DNA of 32,000 nt from Methanothermus fervidus DSM 2088 (lineage in GTDB: Archaea; Methanobacteriota; Methanobacteria; DSM-2088; Methanothermaceae): NCBI GenBank assembly GCA_000166095.1, contig CP002278.1:60001-92000 (forward strand), read 5' to 3'. Under the pieces are notes generated by a model, which saw only the letters and a program-made list of their open reading frames with translations, was not told the DNA's origin and did not search any database. This document shows, piece by piece, positions 1 through 7,947 of the stretch. Each line of letters begins with the position of its first letter. The first letter of the stretch is position 1. The translations under genes and the position numbers were made by a program.

Positions 1-184
1 AATAAAGTTCTGCATCCACATTGATATCTAATGTTTTTCCATGTTTAACATCAACATTTATTTGAAAATCAAGAATTTCTTTTTTAGGAACTTTTTTCAT
101 TATATAACCCTGCACAGAATCTGAAATAAATTCTGCAATCTTCTCTATTTCTTTGTTACTGATTTTTAATTTTCGGTGTTCCAT
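1..184 (-). CDS. Partial CDS: the first 61 codons of a small hypothetical protein. Its 3' end lies beyond the window start.
   Basis: Minus-strand ATG at 184-182 opens a frame that stays open to position 1 (MEHRKLKISNKEIEKIAEFISDSVQGYIMKKVPKKEILDFQINVDVKHGKTLDINVDAELY...). It starts 10 nt after the stop of the permease gene on the same strand. No recognisable motif and no clear RBS. Confidence 0.4.
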   Translation of the reverse strand, partial: MEHRKLKISNKEIEKIAEFISDSVQGYIMKKVPKKEILDFQINVDVKHGKTLDINVDAELY

Positions 185-194
185 GTTTTAAAAT

Positions 195-992
195 TTATTT
201 TTCCTTAGTAATATGTGTAATTATAAATAATATAGCTAATACTAAAACTATTGTTGCTCCAGAAGACAAGTTAAGTAAGTATGATAGTTCTAGTCCGATA
301 AGTGAAGAAATTATTGCAATAAAGGCTGCTATTTTCATCATTGATTCTATTCTTGAAGTATATTTCTTACCTATTGCTGCAGGAATCGTTAGTAGTGCTA
401 TCGTTAAAATTATACCCATAGCTTTTATAATCATTATTATGCTTATTGCCACAAGGTTCAAAAGAAATAAATAAAATATTGTTGTAGGAACTCCCAAAGC
501 TTCTGCATATTCTTCATCAAAAGATATAGCTGTAAATTCTTTATTAAATAAAAAGACAGTTGTTAAAATTATTGTATCAAGTATTGTCATTAAAATTAAG
601 TCTGATTTACTAATCATTAAAATATTTCCAAAAAGATATGTAAAGAGTCCTGATACATAACCGGGTGTTAAATTTACAAATAATATTCCAATTGCCATTC
701 CAACTGCCCATAATATCCCAATTACGACATCTTCACTAACATCGCTTTTTTCAACAATTATGCCCATCATTGTTGCTAATACTGAAGTAAAAGGTAAAGA
801 AGTTAATATTGGATTTAAATTTAAAAAATAACCCAGCCCAATTCCTCCAAATGCTGCATGTGATATTCCACCAGCAATAAAAACTATCCTTTTAACAACT
901 ACATAAGTTCCTATAATTCCACATGCGATTCCAGCTAAAAATGCACCAATTATTGCATTTTGCATAAATTGACATTGTATGACACTGAACAT
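195..992 (-). CDS. ABC-3 family (ZnuB/TroCD-type) metal ABC transporter permease
   Basis: 265-aa, highly hydrophobic, multi-helix ORF. It is the last gene of a three-gene minus-strand operon with an ABC ATPase and a TroA/ZnuA-like binding protein, 12 nt from the ATPase gene. Confidence 0.85.
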   Translation of the reverse strand: MFSVIQCQFMQNAIIGAFLAGIACGIIGTYVVVKRIVFIAGGISHAAFGGIGLGYFLNLNPILTSLPFTSVLATMMGIIVEKSDVSEDVVIGILWAVGMAIGILFVNLTPGYVSGLFTYLFGNILMISKSDLILMTILDTIILTTVFLFNKEFTAISFDEEYAEALGVPTTIFYLFLLNLVAISIIMIIKAMGIILTIALLTIPAAIGKKYTSRIESMMKIAAFIAIISSLIGLELSYLLNLSSGATIVLVLAILFIITHITKEK

Positions 993-1004
993 CTTATATA
1001 CCGC

Positions 1005-1754
1005 CTAATGTTTTTTGGAAATTTCATGAGGAACTTCATGAAAAACAATGTTAACAGGGCACTTGTAAAGTTCTTCAATACTTTTTAATACTTCTTTAGG
1101 ATCATCATGTACGAAAATCCTTCTGTTGAGGCATGCAATTTTCTTAACATGTTTTGAAACTACACCCACATCATGAGAAACGAGTATTATCGTCATTTTT
1201 CTATTTATTTTATTTAATAACTTATAAAACGAATTTCTAGTTCCAGGATCAATACTAGCTGTTGGTTCATCTAATAACAATAATTTAGGTTCCCTAACAA
1301 GAGCTCTAGCTAGAAATACTCTTTGTATTTGTCCACCAGATAAATCGTTTATATTTTTGTCTCTTAAGTTCCATACACCTAATTTTTTAAGCCATTTTTC
1401 TACAGTTTTAATATCTTTTTCTGAATATCTTTTTAAAGGACCAGGATAACGACCCATTAGTACAGTTTCAAAAACTGTTATTGGGAAATCATAATTATAA
1501 TGAGTAATTTGAGGCATATAACCAATATTTTTTCTTGCTAATTCAGGTGGCTTGCCAAATACTTTTACAACGCCTTTACATGGTTTTATTAGTCCTACTA
1601 TTAATTTTAATAAAGTTGTTTTTCCACCACCATTAGGTCCAATTATTGCTAAAAAATCATTTTTTTCTACCTTTAAATTTATATTTTCTAGCACGATTTT
1701 ACCACTAATCTCATAATACACATTTTTCATCTCTACTACTGTTGAATTATTCAT
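1005..1754 (-). CDS. Metal ABC transporter ATP-binding protein (ZnuC/TroB-type)
   Basis: Walker A GPNGGGKTT, ABC signature LSGGQIQR, Walker B LLLLDEPT and H-loop SHD. Its start overlaps the stop of the upstream binding-protein gene by 8 nt. Confidence 0.9.
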   Translation of the reverse strand: MNNSTVVEMKNVYYEISGKIVLENINLKVEKNDFLAIIGPNGGGKTTLLKLIVGLIKPCKGVVKVFGKPPELARKNIGYMPQITHYNYDFPITVFETVLMGRYPGPLKRYSEKDIKTVEKWLKKLGVWNLRDKNINDLSGGQIQRVFLARALVREPKLLLLDEPTASIDPGTRNSFYKLLNKINRKMTIILVSHDVGVVSKHVKKIACLNRRIFVHDDPKEVLKSIEELYKCPVNIVFHEVPHEISKKH

Positions 1755-2601
1755 GTTTTAATGCCTCTAAAACTTTGTACATATTTTCTACATAATTTTC
1801 TGCTAAAGGGTCTATAACAATAATTTTAGCTCCAATTTCTTTTGCTATAACTTTAGAATTTTCTTTGTTTGTTAATGGTGTAATAAAGATTGTCTTTATT
1901 TGGTATCTTTTCGCTTCATTTATTATTTCTTTAATAGTTTCCGGATTAGGTTCTTTTCCTTCTTTTTCAATAGCTATTTGCTTTAATCCATAATCGTGAC
2001 ATAAATATCCCCATGCAGGATGGTAAACTAGTATATATTTATTTTTCCTATGCGAAAGTGTTTCCGAGAATTCATTATCTAATTTTTTTAATTCAGAAAC
2101 ATATCTATCCTTATTTCTTTCATAATAATTTTTGTTGGATGGATCAATTTTTGATAAGGTAGTATAAATATTTTCAACAATTTTTATTGCATTTTTTGGA
2201 GAATTCCAAACATGAGGATCAGTGCCTTCGCTACTTGGTAATAGTTTTATACCTTCAGAACAATTAACAATTAATATATGAGGGTTTATTGATTTTATAT
2301 TCTCCATCCATTTTTTTTCAAATTCTATCCCAGAACCTATTTCAAAGTACACTTTAGCATTTTTAAGTTTTTCCAATGTCTCAGGATTAGGTTCGTAGGT
2401 GTGAGGATCAGCACCTTTTGGAACCATGACAATAACTTGAACTTTATCGCCAGCTATTTTTTCTATAAATTCTTTTTCAGGAGGAATAGTCGCTGCCACT
2501 ATTATTTTGTTTGATGTTTCTTTTTTTACAGGTGTGAAAACAATTATCAACAAAGTTATTATCAATAATATAGATGCCAATGTCAATCTTCTTGCACTCA
2601 T
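1747..2601 (-). CDS. Metal ABC transporter substrate-binding protein (TroA/ZnuA cluster-9 family)
   Basis: N-terminal hydrophobic anchor, with GADPHTYEP, DPHVW and YHPAWGYL motifs typical of ZnuA/TroA-like binding proteins. The track ORF begins at TTG 2613. I prefer ATG 2601 because GGTGG lies just upstream. Confidence 0.85.
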   Translation of the reverse strand: MSARRLTLASILLIITLLIIVFTPVKKETSNKIIVAATIPPEKEFIEKIAGDKVQVIVMVPKGADPHTYEPNPETLEKLKNAKVYFEIGSGIEFEKKWMENIKSINPHILIVNCSEGIKLLPSSEGTDPHVWNSPKNAIKIVENIYTTLSKIDPSNKNYYERNKDRYVSELKKLDNEFSETLSHRKNKYILVYHPAWGYLCHDYGLKQIAIEKEGKEPNPETIKEIINEAKRYQIKTIFITPLTNKENSKVIAKEIGAKIIVIDPLAENYVENMYKVLEALKHE

Positions 2602-2720
2602 TGTTCCACCCAATTATTAGTATTAAACAAATTACATATTAATTTTTACTAAAAATTTTTGGATATGTTATTAATAATTATAAAAAATTTTATAAAGTAT
2701 ATATTAACAAAATTAATTTG

Positions 2721-3098
2721 ATGAAAATTATCAGCATTTCTGTTAATAAAAAGTTTTTAGAAAAAATTGATAGGACTTGGGAAGAATTAGGGTTTTCAGG
2801 GAGATCAGAATTCATAAGAGCCGCTGTACGAAAAATGATAGATGAAAGTAAATATAAATTTCAAGATAAAATCATCAATGTTGTTCTGCTTCTAGTTCAT
2901 AATAGGAGATTTGAAAAAGAGATATCGGATGTTGCACATAAATACAATGGATTAATAACTACACAGATACATAGTCACGTCGGAAATAAAGATTGTTTAG
3001 AAGTTTTTATAGTTAGAGGGAGAAGTAAGGAGATAAAAGAAATGATCCATAAATTCAGACAATATAAACTAAAGCGCTTGGAGTTAGTAACATTGTGA
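2721..3098 (+). CDS. nikR: NikR-family ribbon-helix-helix metalloregulator
   Basis: N-terminal RHH segment (SISVNKKFLEKID...RSEFIRAAVRKMI) and a C-terminal regulatory domain. The domain carries H-x-H-x5-C (IHSHVGNKDC), the same spacing as the high-affinity Ni site of NikR as I recall it. Divergent from the ABC operon. ATG 2721 is preferred over the track's TTG 2718. Confidence 0.8.
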   Translation: MKIISISVNKKFLEKIDRTWEELGFSGRSEFIRAAVRKMIDESKYKFQDKIINVVLLLVHNRRFEKEISDVAHKYNGLITTQIHSHVGNKDCLEVFIVRGRSKEIKEMIHKFRQYKLKRLELVTL

Positions 3099-3099
3099 A

Positions 3100-3900
3100 T
3101 TAAATCATGTCAATATTTATGCCTCCAAGACCCACTTTATTTACAACTTCAACACCATTTTTTGAAAGTGTGTAACTTTTTGTCTCTAATTCTAAATGAT
3201 TTGTAGTATTTTCCAAAATAACAGCGTTTTTAGTGTTAGCATTAAAAGATATTCCACCAGAATCAACATCTGAAATAATTCGTATAGGTGATAACGAATT
3301 TAGTAACATAGAGACGCCGCCAATTGTAACGTTTGTATTTATTGATCCATTGTAGAGAAGTCCAGTGTTTAAAATGTTAAATCCACCAGTATTGACATTT
3401 AATTTTATGTTTTTAAATACTACATCTTGAATCTTAAGTTTTCCTCCGCCAAAGTAATTTATATTTACATTAAGCATGTCTATTTTTGAGTTATTTCCAA
3501 GAGTTATTTCAACTCCTCCGACTTTATCATTAATTGTTATATTGTAAATATATTTATTTGAAAGAAAAACAGAAGTAGAACCTTTATTTAGCTTTAGTTT
3601 TACATTCAGAGTATCACCGTAGATTGTATAATTAAAAACAGGATTTGTTTTTATGTTATGTCCAACATTAAAATTACATATTTCATTTGTTGAATTTTCA
3701 AATGATAGCTTTACACCACTTGTGTTTGATTCAATAGTAATATTAACATATTTTACTCCGGGAAATTCACTTTCTTTCAATTTAAAATTTTTTGTAATGT
3801 TTTCATCTTCTTTTTTATTGATGAAAGCTAATGCCCCAACTAAAAAACCAGATACAAATATTACAAAAATTATAATACTAAAAATTCTTTTTAAATCCAT
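3100..3900 (-). CDS. Membrane-anchored hypothetical protein with a repetitive beta-rich ectodomain (DUF4097/adhesin-like guess)
   Basis: N-terminal TM helix (IFSIIIFVIFVSGFLVGALAFI) followed by repetitive N/G/V/I-rich strands with many N-x-S/T sequons. Its start overlaps the stop of the upstream Yip1-like gene by 10 nt. Confidence 0.6.
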   Translation of the reverse strand: MDLKRIFSIIIFVIFVSGFLVGALAFINKKEDENITKNFKLKESEFPGVKYVNITIESNTSGVKLSFENSTNEICNFNVGHNIKTNPVFNYTIYGDTLNVKLKLNKGSTSVFLSNKYIYNITINDKVGGVEITLGNNSKIDMLNVNINYFGGGKLKIQDVVFKNIKLNVNTGGFNILNTGLLYNGSINTNVTIGGVSMLLNSLSPIRIISDVDSGGISFNANTKNAVILENTTNHLELETKSYTLSKNGVEVVNKVGLGGINIDMI

Positions 3901-4457
3901 AAAAGTGCCTCCACAAACATTGTTATCATAGATATTACAAGTATAGGTACTCCAAATACAGATAAAAACGATTTTCCTAAACCTATATTATGTACAGTGT
4001 CTATAGCAACAGTTGCTATAAAAAGAGACCAGAGGTACATCAAGGCAAAGAGTAGTGTAGATGTAAAAAATGCTTTAAAAACTATGATAATTGTAATTGC
4101 AAAAATTCCTAATATATATGGAGCAGCTGAAAAACCTAGAAATTTAAGAGTATCATCAAATTTTCCTTTACCTCCAAAACAGAAAACTGCTACTGTATGT
4201 GAAATTAAAGACCAAATTAGTAATATTAGAAATCCTAAAATTAAAAACACCAATGCAAAAAATATTTGAAATATAATAACAACGCCTGTTAATCTTGATA
4301 ATATTCCACCAAACATGAAACCAAGAAAAGCAAACATGAATAAATATATTATTAGTCCATGATCATCTTTTCCTTTTTGTTTCATAGTTTTTAATGTATC
4401 TCTTGGATAAACAAGAATATCTAACAATTCTTCAGAAAAATCCATTATTCTTTTCAA
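3891..4457 (-). CDS. Yip1-domain-like integral membrane protein
   Basis: 188 aa with a soluble N-terminal segment and then about 5 TM helices, the Yip1-type architecture. A TATA-like AAATATATAA lies about 25 nt upstream of the ATG region. Confidence 0.6.
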   Translation of the reverse strand: MKRIMDFSEELLDILVYPRDTLKTMKQKGKDDHGLIIYLFMFAFLGFMFGGILSRLTGVVIIFQIFFALVFLILGFLILLIWSLISHTVAVFCFGGKGKFDDTLKFLGFSAAPYILGIFAITIIIVFKAFFTSTLLFALMYLWSLFIATVAIDTVHNIGLGKSFLSVFGVPILVISMITMFVEALLWI

Positions 4458-4563
4458 GTCTGACCACCAAACCTTATATATTTCTCAAAGGTTATATATA
4501 GTTAACACAGGATTTCGTAAAGTTATGATAACAAAAAGAATTTTTTGTTGTTAGATATATTGT

Positions 4564-4918
4564 TTAAGTGAACTATTCCTCACTTTTGCTTCATCAATAG
4601 AACTTACCCAAGACCATCTCTCTTATAAAAATATTCCAAATGTTTTTTCTCAACAGATGTCAGAGTACTCATTCCTCAACGGTACGCTGATATATAACCC
4701 TTTAACTTATTTCCATAGTTTAATCCTTCGATGCTCTTGGATTTACCACCTAAATACAGCTTTTTAGCTTTGTATTAGTAAGTGAAGAAATTTACTCAAG
4801 CACCAAATTTTTAAGTAAATTCTCACGTTAATTGGTTTTGAATATAAAATAGTTTTCAACTCTCCCTACGCTTTTGTAGGAGATTTCTCACAGATAGAGT
4901 TAAACACGAAAATTTAAA
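4564..4918. repeat. Copy A of a paralogous noncoding intergenic element (partner at 19420-19826)
   Basis: Three colinear conserved blocks are shared with the second locus. Block 1 is aagtgaactattcc. Block 2 is ggatttac..agctttttagctttgtattagtaagtgaagaaatttac..aaatttttaagtaaatt. Block 3 is ctcc-hairpin-ggagatttctc.c.gatagagtt.aaa..gaaaatt. No ORF is present. Confidence 0.7.
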
Positions 4919-4972
4919 TTTAATATTTTTTATTTTTATATCAATTAATAAATTAGATTTTTGGGTGAAGAA

Positions 4973-6034
4973 ATGAAAATTACATATGAAGATACAAAAA
5001 AGAATATTATAGAGTTGATACCTGAAACACTTGATGATTTATGGCATCTTTCACATATTATAAAGAAAGGAGACTTAGTTTCTGCAGTGACAACAAGAAG
5101 AATACAAGACAAAAGTGGTGAAAGAATTAGAAGTGATAGAGGAATAAAAAAGACATTTCGACTTACAGTTAGAGTGGAGTCTGTCAAATTCCATAAATAT
5201 ACTGGTAGATTGAGGGTTACTGGTGTGATAGAAAAAGGTCCTGAAGATATAGTACCTCTTGGATCATACCACACATTAGAAGTAAAGTTAAACAAAAAGA
5301 TATGTATAAAAAAAGAAGAATGGCCTAAGTGGGCTATAGATAGACTAAAAGATGCTATAAATGCTTCAAAAGAGTTAAATGCAATTATATTATTAATAGA
5401 AGAGAATTCTGCAGAGTTAGGCTTATTAAGACAATATGGTATTGAGTATTATGGTCCCATCACTGGCAATATCTCTGGAAAAAGAATAAAAGATAAAACA
5501 AGGGATAAAAAAATAATTGAATTTTATGAAAAAATCATAAGTAGTTTAAAAAAGTTTAAAGATGTAGGAACTATAATAATTGCTGGTCCTGGTTTTGCCA
5601 AAGATGATTTTTATGCCTATTTAAAAGATAAATATCCAAAAATTTCAAAAATATCTATTGTTGAAAGTGCTGGAAGTGGTGGAAGGACAGGTATCCAAGA
5701 AGTACTTAGAAAAGGCACTGTAGAAAAGGTTCTCGAAAAACACAGGGTTGCCCGAGAAACAAGGGAAGTAAATAAAATTCTAGAAAAAATAACTAAGTCT
5801 CCATCATTAGTTGTTTATGGAAAAGATCATGTTATTGAAGCTGCAAATCTGGGTGCTATAAAAAAGCTTTTAGTTCTTGATACCTTATTACATGATGAAA
5901 AAATAGAATCCTTAGTAAAAGAAGTAGAAAAAATGCGAGGCGAAGTCATAGTAATAAGTAGTGAACATGAAAGTGGTAAACAATTGAAATCAATAGGTGG
6001 ATTGGCAGCTCATTTAAGATTTAAAGTAAAGTGA
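4973..6034 (+). CDS. pelA: Pelota (Dom34 homologue), ribosome rescue / mRNA surveillance factor
   Basis: About 350 aa with the pelota-type N-terminus MKITYED...LIPETLDDLWHLSHII and an eRF1-like central and C-terminal region. GGTGA lies 4 nt upstream of ATG 4973, so the track's TTG 4961 start is probably too long. Confidence 0.9.
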   Translation: MKITYEDTKKNIIELIPETLDDLWHLSHIIKKGDLVSAVTTRRIQDKSGERIRSDRGIKKTFRLTVRVESVKFHKYTGRLRVTGVIEKGPEDIVPLGSYHTLEVKLNKKICIKKEEWPKWAIDRLKDAINASKELNAIILLIEENSAELGLLRQYGIEYYGPITGNISGKRIKDKTRDKKIIEFYEKIISSLKKFKDVGTIIIAGPGFAKDDFYAYLKDKYPKISKISIVESAGSGGRTGIQEVLRKGTVEKVLEKHRVARETREVNKILEKITKSPSLVVYGKDHVIEAANLGAIKKLLVLDTLLHDEKIESLVKEVEKMRGEVIVISSEHESGKQLKSIGGLAAHLRFKVK

Positions 6035-6038
6035 TAGC

Positions 6039-6896
6039 ATGTTGAAAATAATCTTTGCTATTATCTTAACTTCTATATTAACTTTGTTACTCAATTTTTT
6101 GTTAAGAAAGCTAAAACCAAAAAATCTCTTTAAAAAAATTAGAGGTGGAATTCCAAGAGGAGTAGGAGCAGCGCCTTTTATAACTTTAGTTTTTTTCACA
6201 CCCCACCCTTATAATTTATTTATATTTATAATTGGCATTTCTGCATTTTTAGATGATATAATTGGAAGGGTGAAAATCAATAAATTGGGAATTGAGTGGG
6301 GACAGCTATCACGAGGAATAGGGATGTTAACTATTGCAATTCTAGGATATTCTTATTTTGGAATTGCAAGTTTCTTAATAGCTTTCATGGTTCAACCTCT
6401 AAATATAGCTGACATGCAACCAGGAAAAGCTTGTACAACAATAATCACCATGGCATCAATTGTTTTAATTATGATGATTTTTAAAGGACAAAATTATTAT
6501 TTGCCTCTACTTTTACTTGTAGTAACGTTGGCATATTCTCCACTAGATTATAAAGGTAAAATAATGATGGGAGAGATTGGAAACCATTCTTTTGCTGTGG
6601 CATTGGGGATATGTTTTTATCTTCTTGGCGGACCTCTAACAGTATTAATATTTTTATTTTTAACTTCAGCTTTTATTGCATTTATAAGAAGGAAATATCT
6701 GGAGAAATATTTAGAGGAAAAATTAGGAATAAAAAATCCTACATTTGGTGACTATTTTATGGATGTGATGACTGGAGGTGGATTGGGAGATTTTATTAGG
6801 AGATTAATTCTAGGTAAAAGACAAATTAAAGTTAAAAATCCAGTTTTAATATTTTTAGGGTTTAGAAGACTACTATACAATAAGGTGGTTAAATGA
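6039..6896 (+). CDS. Divergent MraY/WecA-like (glycosyltransferase family 4) polyprenyl-phosphate sugar-phosphate transferase
   Basis: Polytopic membrane protein with an FLDDIIG (DD) motif, PLNIADMQPG (resembles NxxNxxDGxDG) and MGEIGNHSFAVALG (resembles MGDxGSxxLG). Its stop overlaps the start of the next gene (ATGA overlap). Confidence 0.6.
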   Translation: MLKIIFAIILTSILTLLLNFLLRKLKPKNLFKKIRGGIPRGVGAAPFITLVFFTPHPYNLFIFIIGISAFLDDIIGRVKINKLGIEWGQLSRGIGMLTIAILGYSYFGIASFLIAFMVQPLNIADMQPGKACTTIITMASIVLIMMIFKGQNYYLPLLLLVVTLAYSPLDYKGKIMMGEIGNHSFAVALGICFYLLGGPLTVLIFLFLTSAFIAFIRRKYLEKYLEEKLGIKNPTFGDYFMDVMTGGGLGDFIRRLILGKRQIKVKNPVLIFLGFRRLLYNKVVK

Positions 6897-7927
6897 AGGC
6901 ACTTATAACAATCACAGGACGAGGAATTGGTGGCGATACAGTCACTGCATTAAATATTGCAAAATCACTTGAAAAAAGAGGCGTTAAATGTGAATATGCA
7001 CTTGACCATAAAGCTCCAGGGTTCTTATTTCGAAAAATGAATATAAAATGGCATAAAGTAACTATTCCTCAAGCAGGTGGACATGCAGCTACAAAAATGA
7101 GGATAATAAGGGCAGCTTTACTATCCATAAAAGGGGTTGCTGAAACATGGCATTTGATAAAAAAAATTAATCCTGATGTTGTTGTTGGTGTAATTGGAGG
7201 TGGAGCAATTATAGGTTGTACTGCTGCAAAATTAGCTAGAGTTCCTGCGGTAGGAATCCTCATAACACCCTTAGACGGTATGATATGCACAAAATTAAAT
7301 CCATGTATAGCATTGCCAGAATCTAACCTTTATTTTGAAAAAAGAAAAAATCTTTATAAGTCATATTCACCAATAGATCCAGAAATAATTAAAGGTAGTT
7401 ATGAAAGAGCCATTAAAAGAATGCCTAGTGGATTTAAAGAAAATAAAAAAACTATATTATTTTCGTCAGGTTCTTCTCTTTTTGAAAAAATGGCTATAGC
7501 AGCTGAAAAAATATCTAAATTATTATCTGACTACAACATTGTAGTAACTGGGCATCCTCTAAGCAACGACATCCTTAAGCATCTGAATAACACAATATAT
7601 CTAGGCTATGTTGACTGGATGAAAGATCTTTATAAAATTGTAGATTTAGCAATTCTTTCAGATGATGGTGTGATGGTACATGAAGCTATAGCTTGTAAAA
7701 TTCCAACTGTAGCATTGAAAGGAGTTAAATATGGTAGAGAACACAATATGGCAAAGGTTTTCCCAGACGCTGTAATAGAAAGTTATGTGAATGAAATAGA
7801 AATGAAAGTTGAAGAAGCTTTATCAAAATTAGATTCAATGAAAAAAGCCGCAAGTAAATATAGTAAAGAAATTTTAAGGGCTGGAGATAAAATTGCTGAT
7901 ATAATATTAAACCATGTTAAAAAATAA
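6893..7927 (+). CDS. MurG-like (GT28-type) glycosyltransferase
   Basis: 344 aa with an N-terminal glycine-rich loop ITGRGIGGDT, a C-terminal half ILFSSGSSLF...HEAIACKIPTVAL that resembles the MurG donor-binding half, and two Rossmann-like halves. Translationally coupled to the MraY-like gene. Confidence 0.6.
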   Translation: MKALITITGRGIGGDTVTALNIAKSLEKRGVKCEYALDHKAPGFLFRKMNIKWHKVTIPQAGGHAATKMRIIRAALLSIKGVAETWHLIKKINPDVVVGVIGGGAIIGCTAAKLARVPAVGILITPLDGMICTKLNPCIALPESNLYFEKRKNLYKSYSPIDPEIIKGSYERAIKRMPSGFKENKKTILFSSGSSLFEKMAIAAEKISKLLSDYNIVVTGHPLSNDILKHLNNTIYLGYVDWMKDLYKIVDLAILSDDGVMVHEAIACKIPTVALKGVKYGREHNMAKVFPDAVIESYVNEIEMKVEEALSKLDSMKKAASKYSKEILRAGDKIADIILNHVKK

Positions 7928-7947
7928 AAATTATCTGGGGGTTTTCA

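Noticed and set aside
2651-2660. AAAAATTTTT palindrome in the nikR/ABC spacer
   Set aside because: It is a low-complexity A/T run that would be expected by chance in this spacer. Only the longer 8+8 repeat at 2678-2695 was kept, and that one at low interest.
3653-4269. Track ORFs 3653..3931 and 3997..4269 (plus strand), and similar short ORFs at 4945..5295, 6014..6199, 7069..7290, 8253..8501, 9851..10336, 11058..11267, 12091..12414, 13019..13294, 13827..14135, 15465..15677, 16549..16755, 17210..17536, 17906..18109, 18348..18539, 20196..20501, 22533..22778, 24425..25468, 26936..27449, 28289..28726, 29242..29532, 30023..30259, 30962..31147 and 31503..31772
   Set aside because: All lie antisense to, or out of frame within, longer ORFs that have clear family motifs. 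Their translations are low-complexity and lack start-site context.
4564-4918. Interpreting the paired intergenic elements as MITEs
   Set aside because: The ends show only a weak, gapped resemblance (gaatagttcac versus gatagagttaaac). I cannot identify target-site duplications, and no transposase is present in the window. The mobile-element idea is kept as one alternative in the finding, but it is not called as a feature.
4458-4972. Interpreting the long spacers as known structural RNAs (SRP RNA, RNase P RNA, riboswitch)
   Set aside because: By eye their GC content is no higher than the genome background. The tRNAs here are strongly GC-rich, as expected for stable RNAs in a hyperthermophile. 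No conserved SRP or RNase P core motifs were recognisable.
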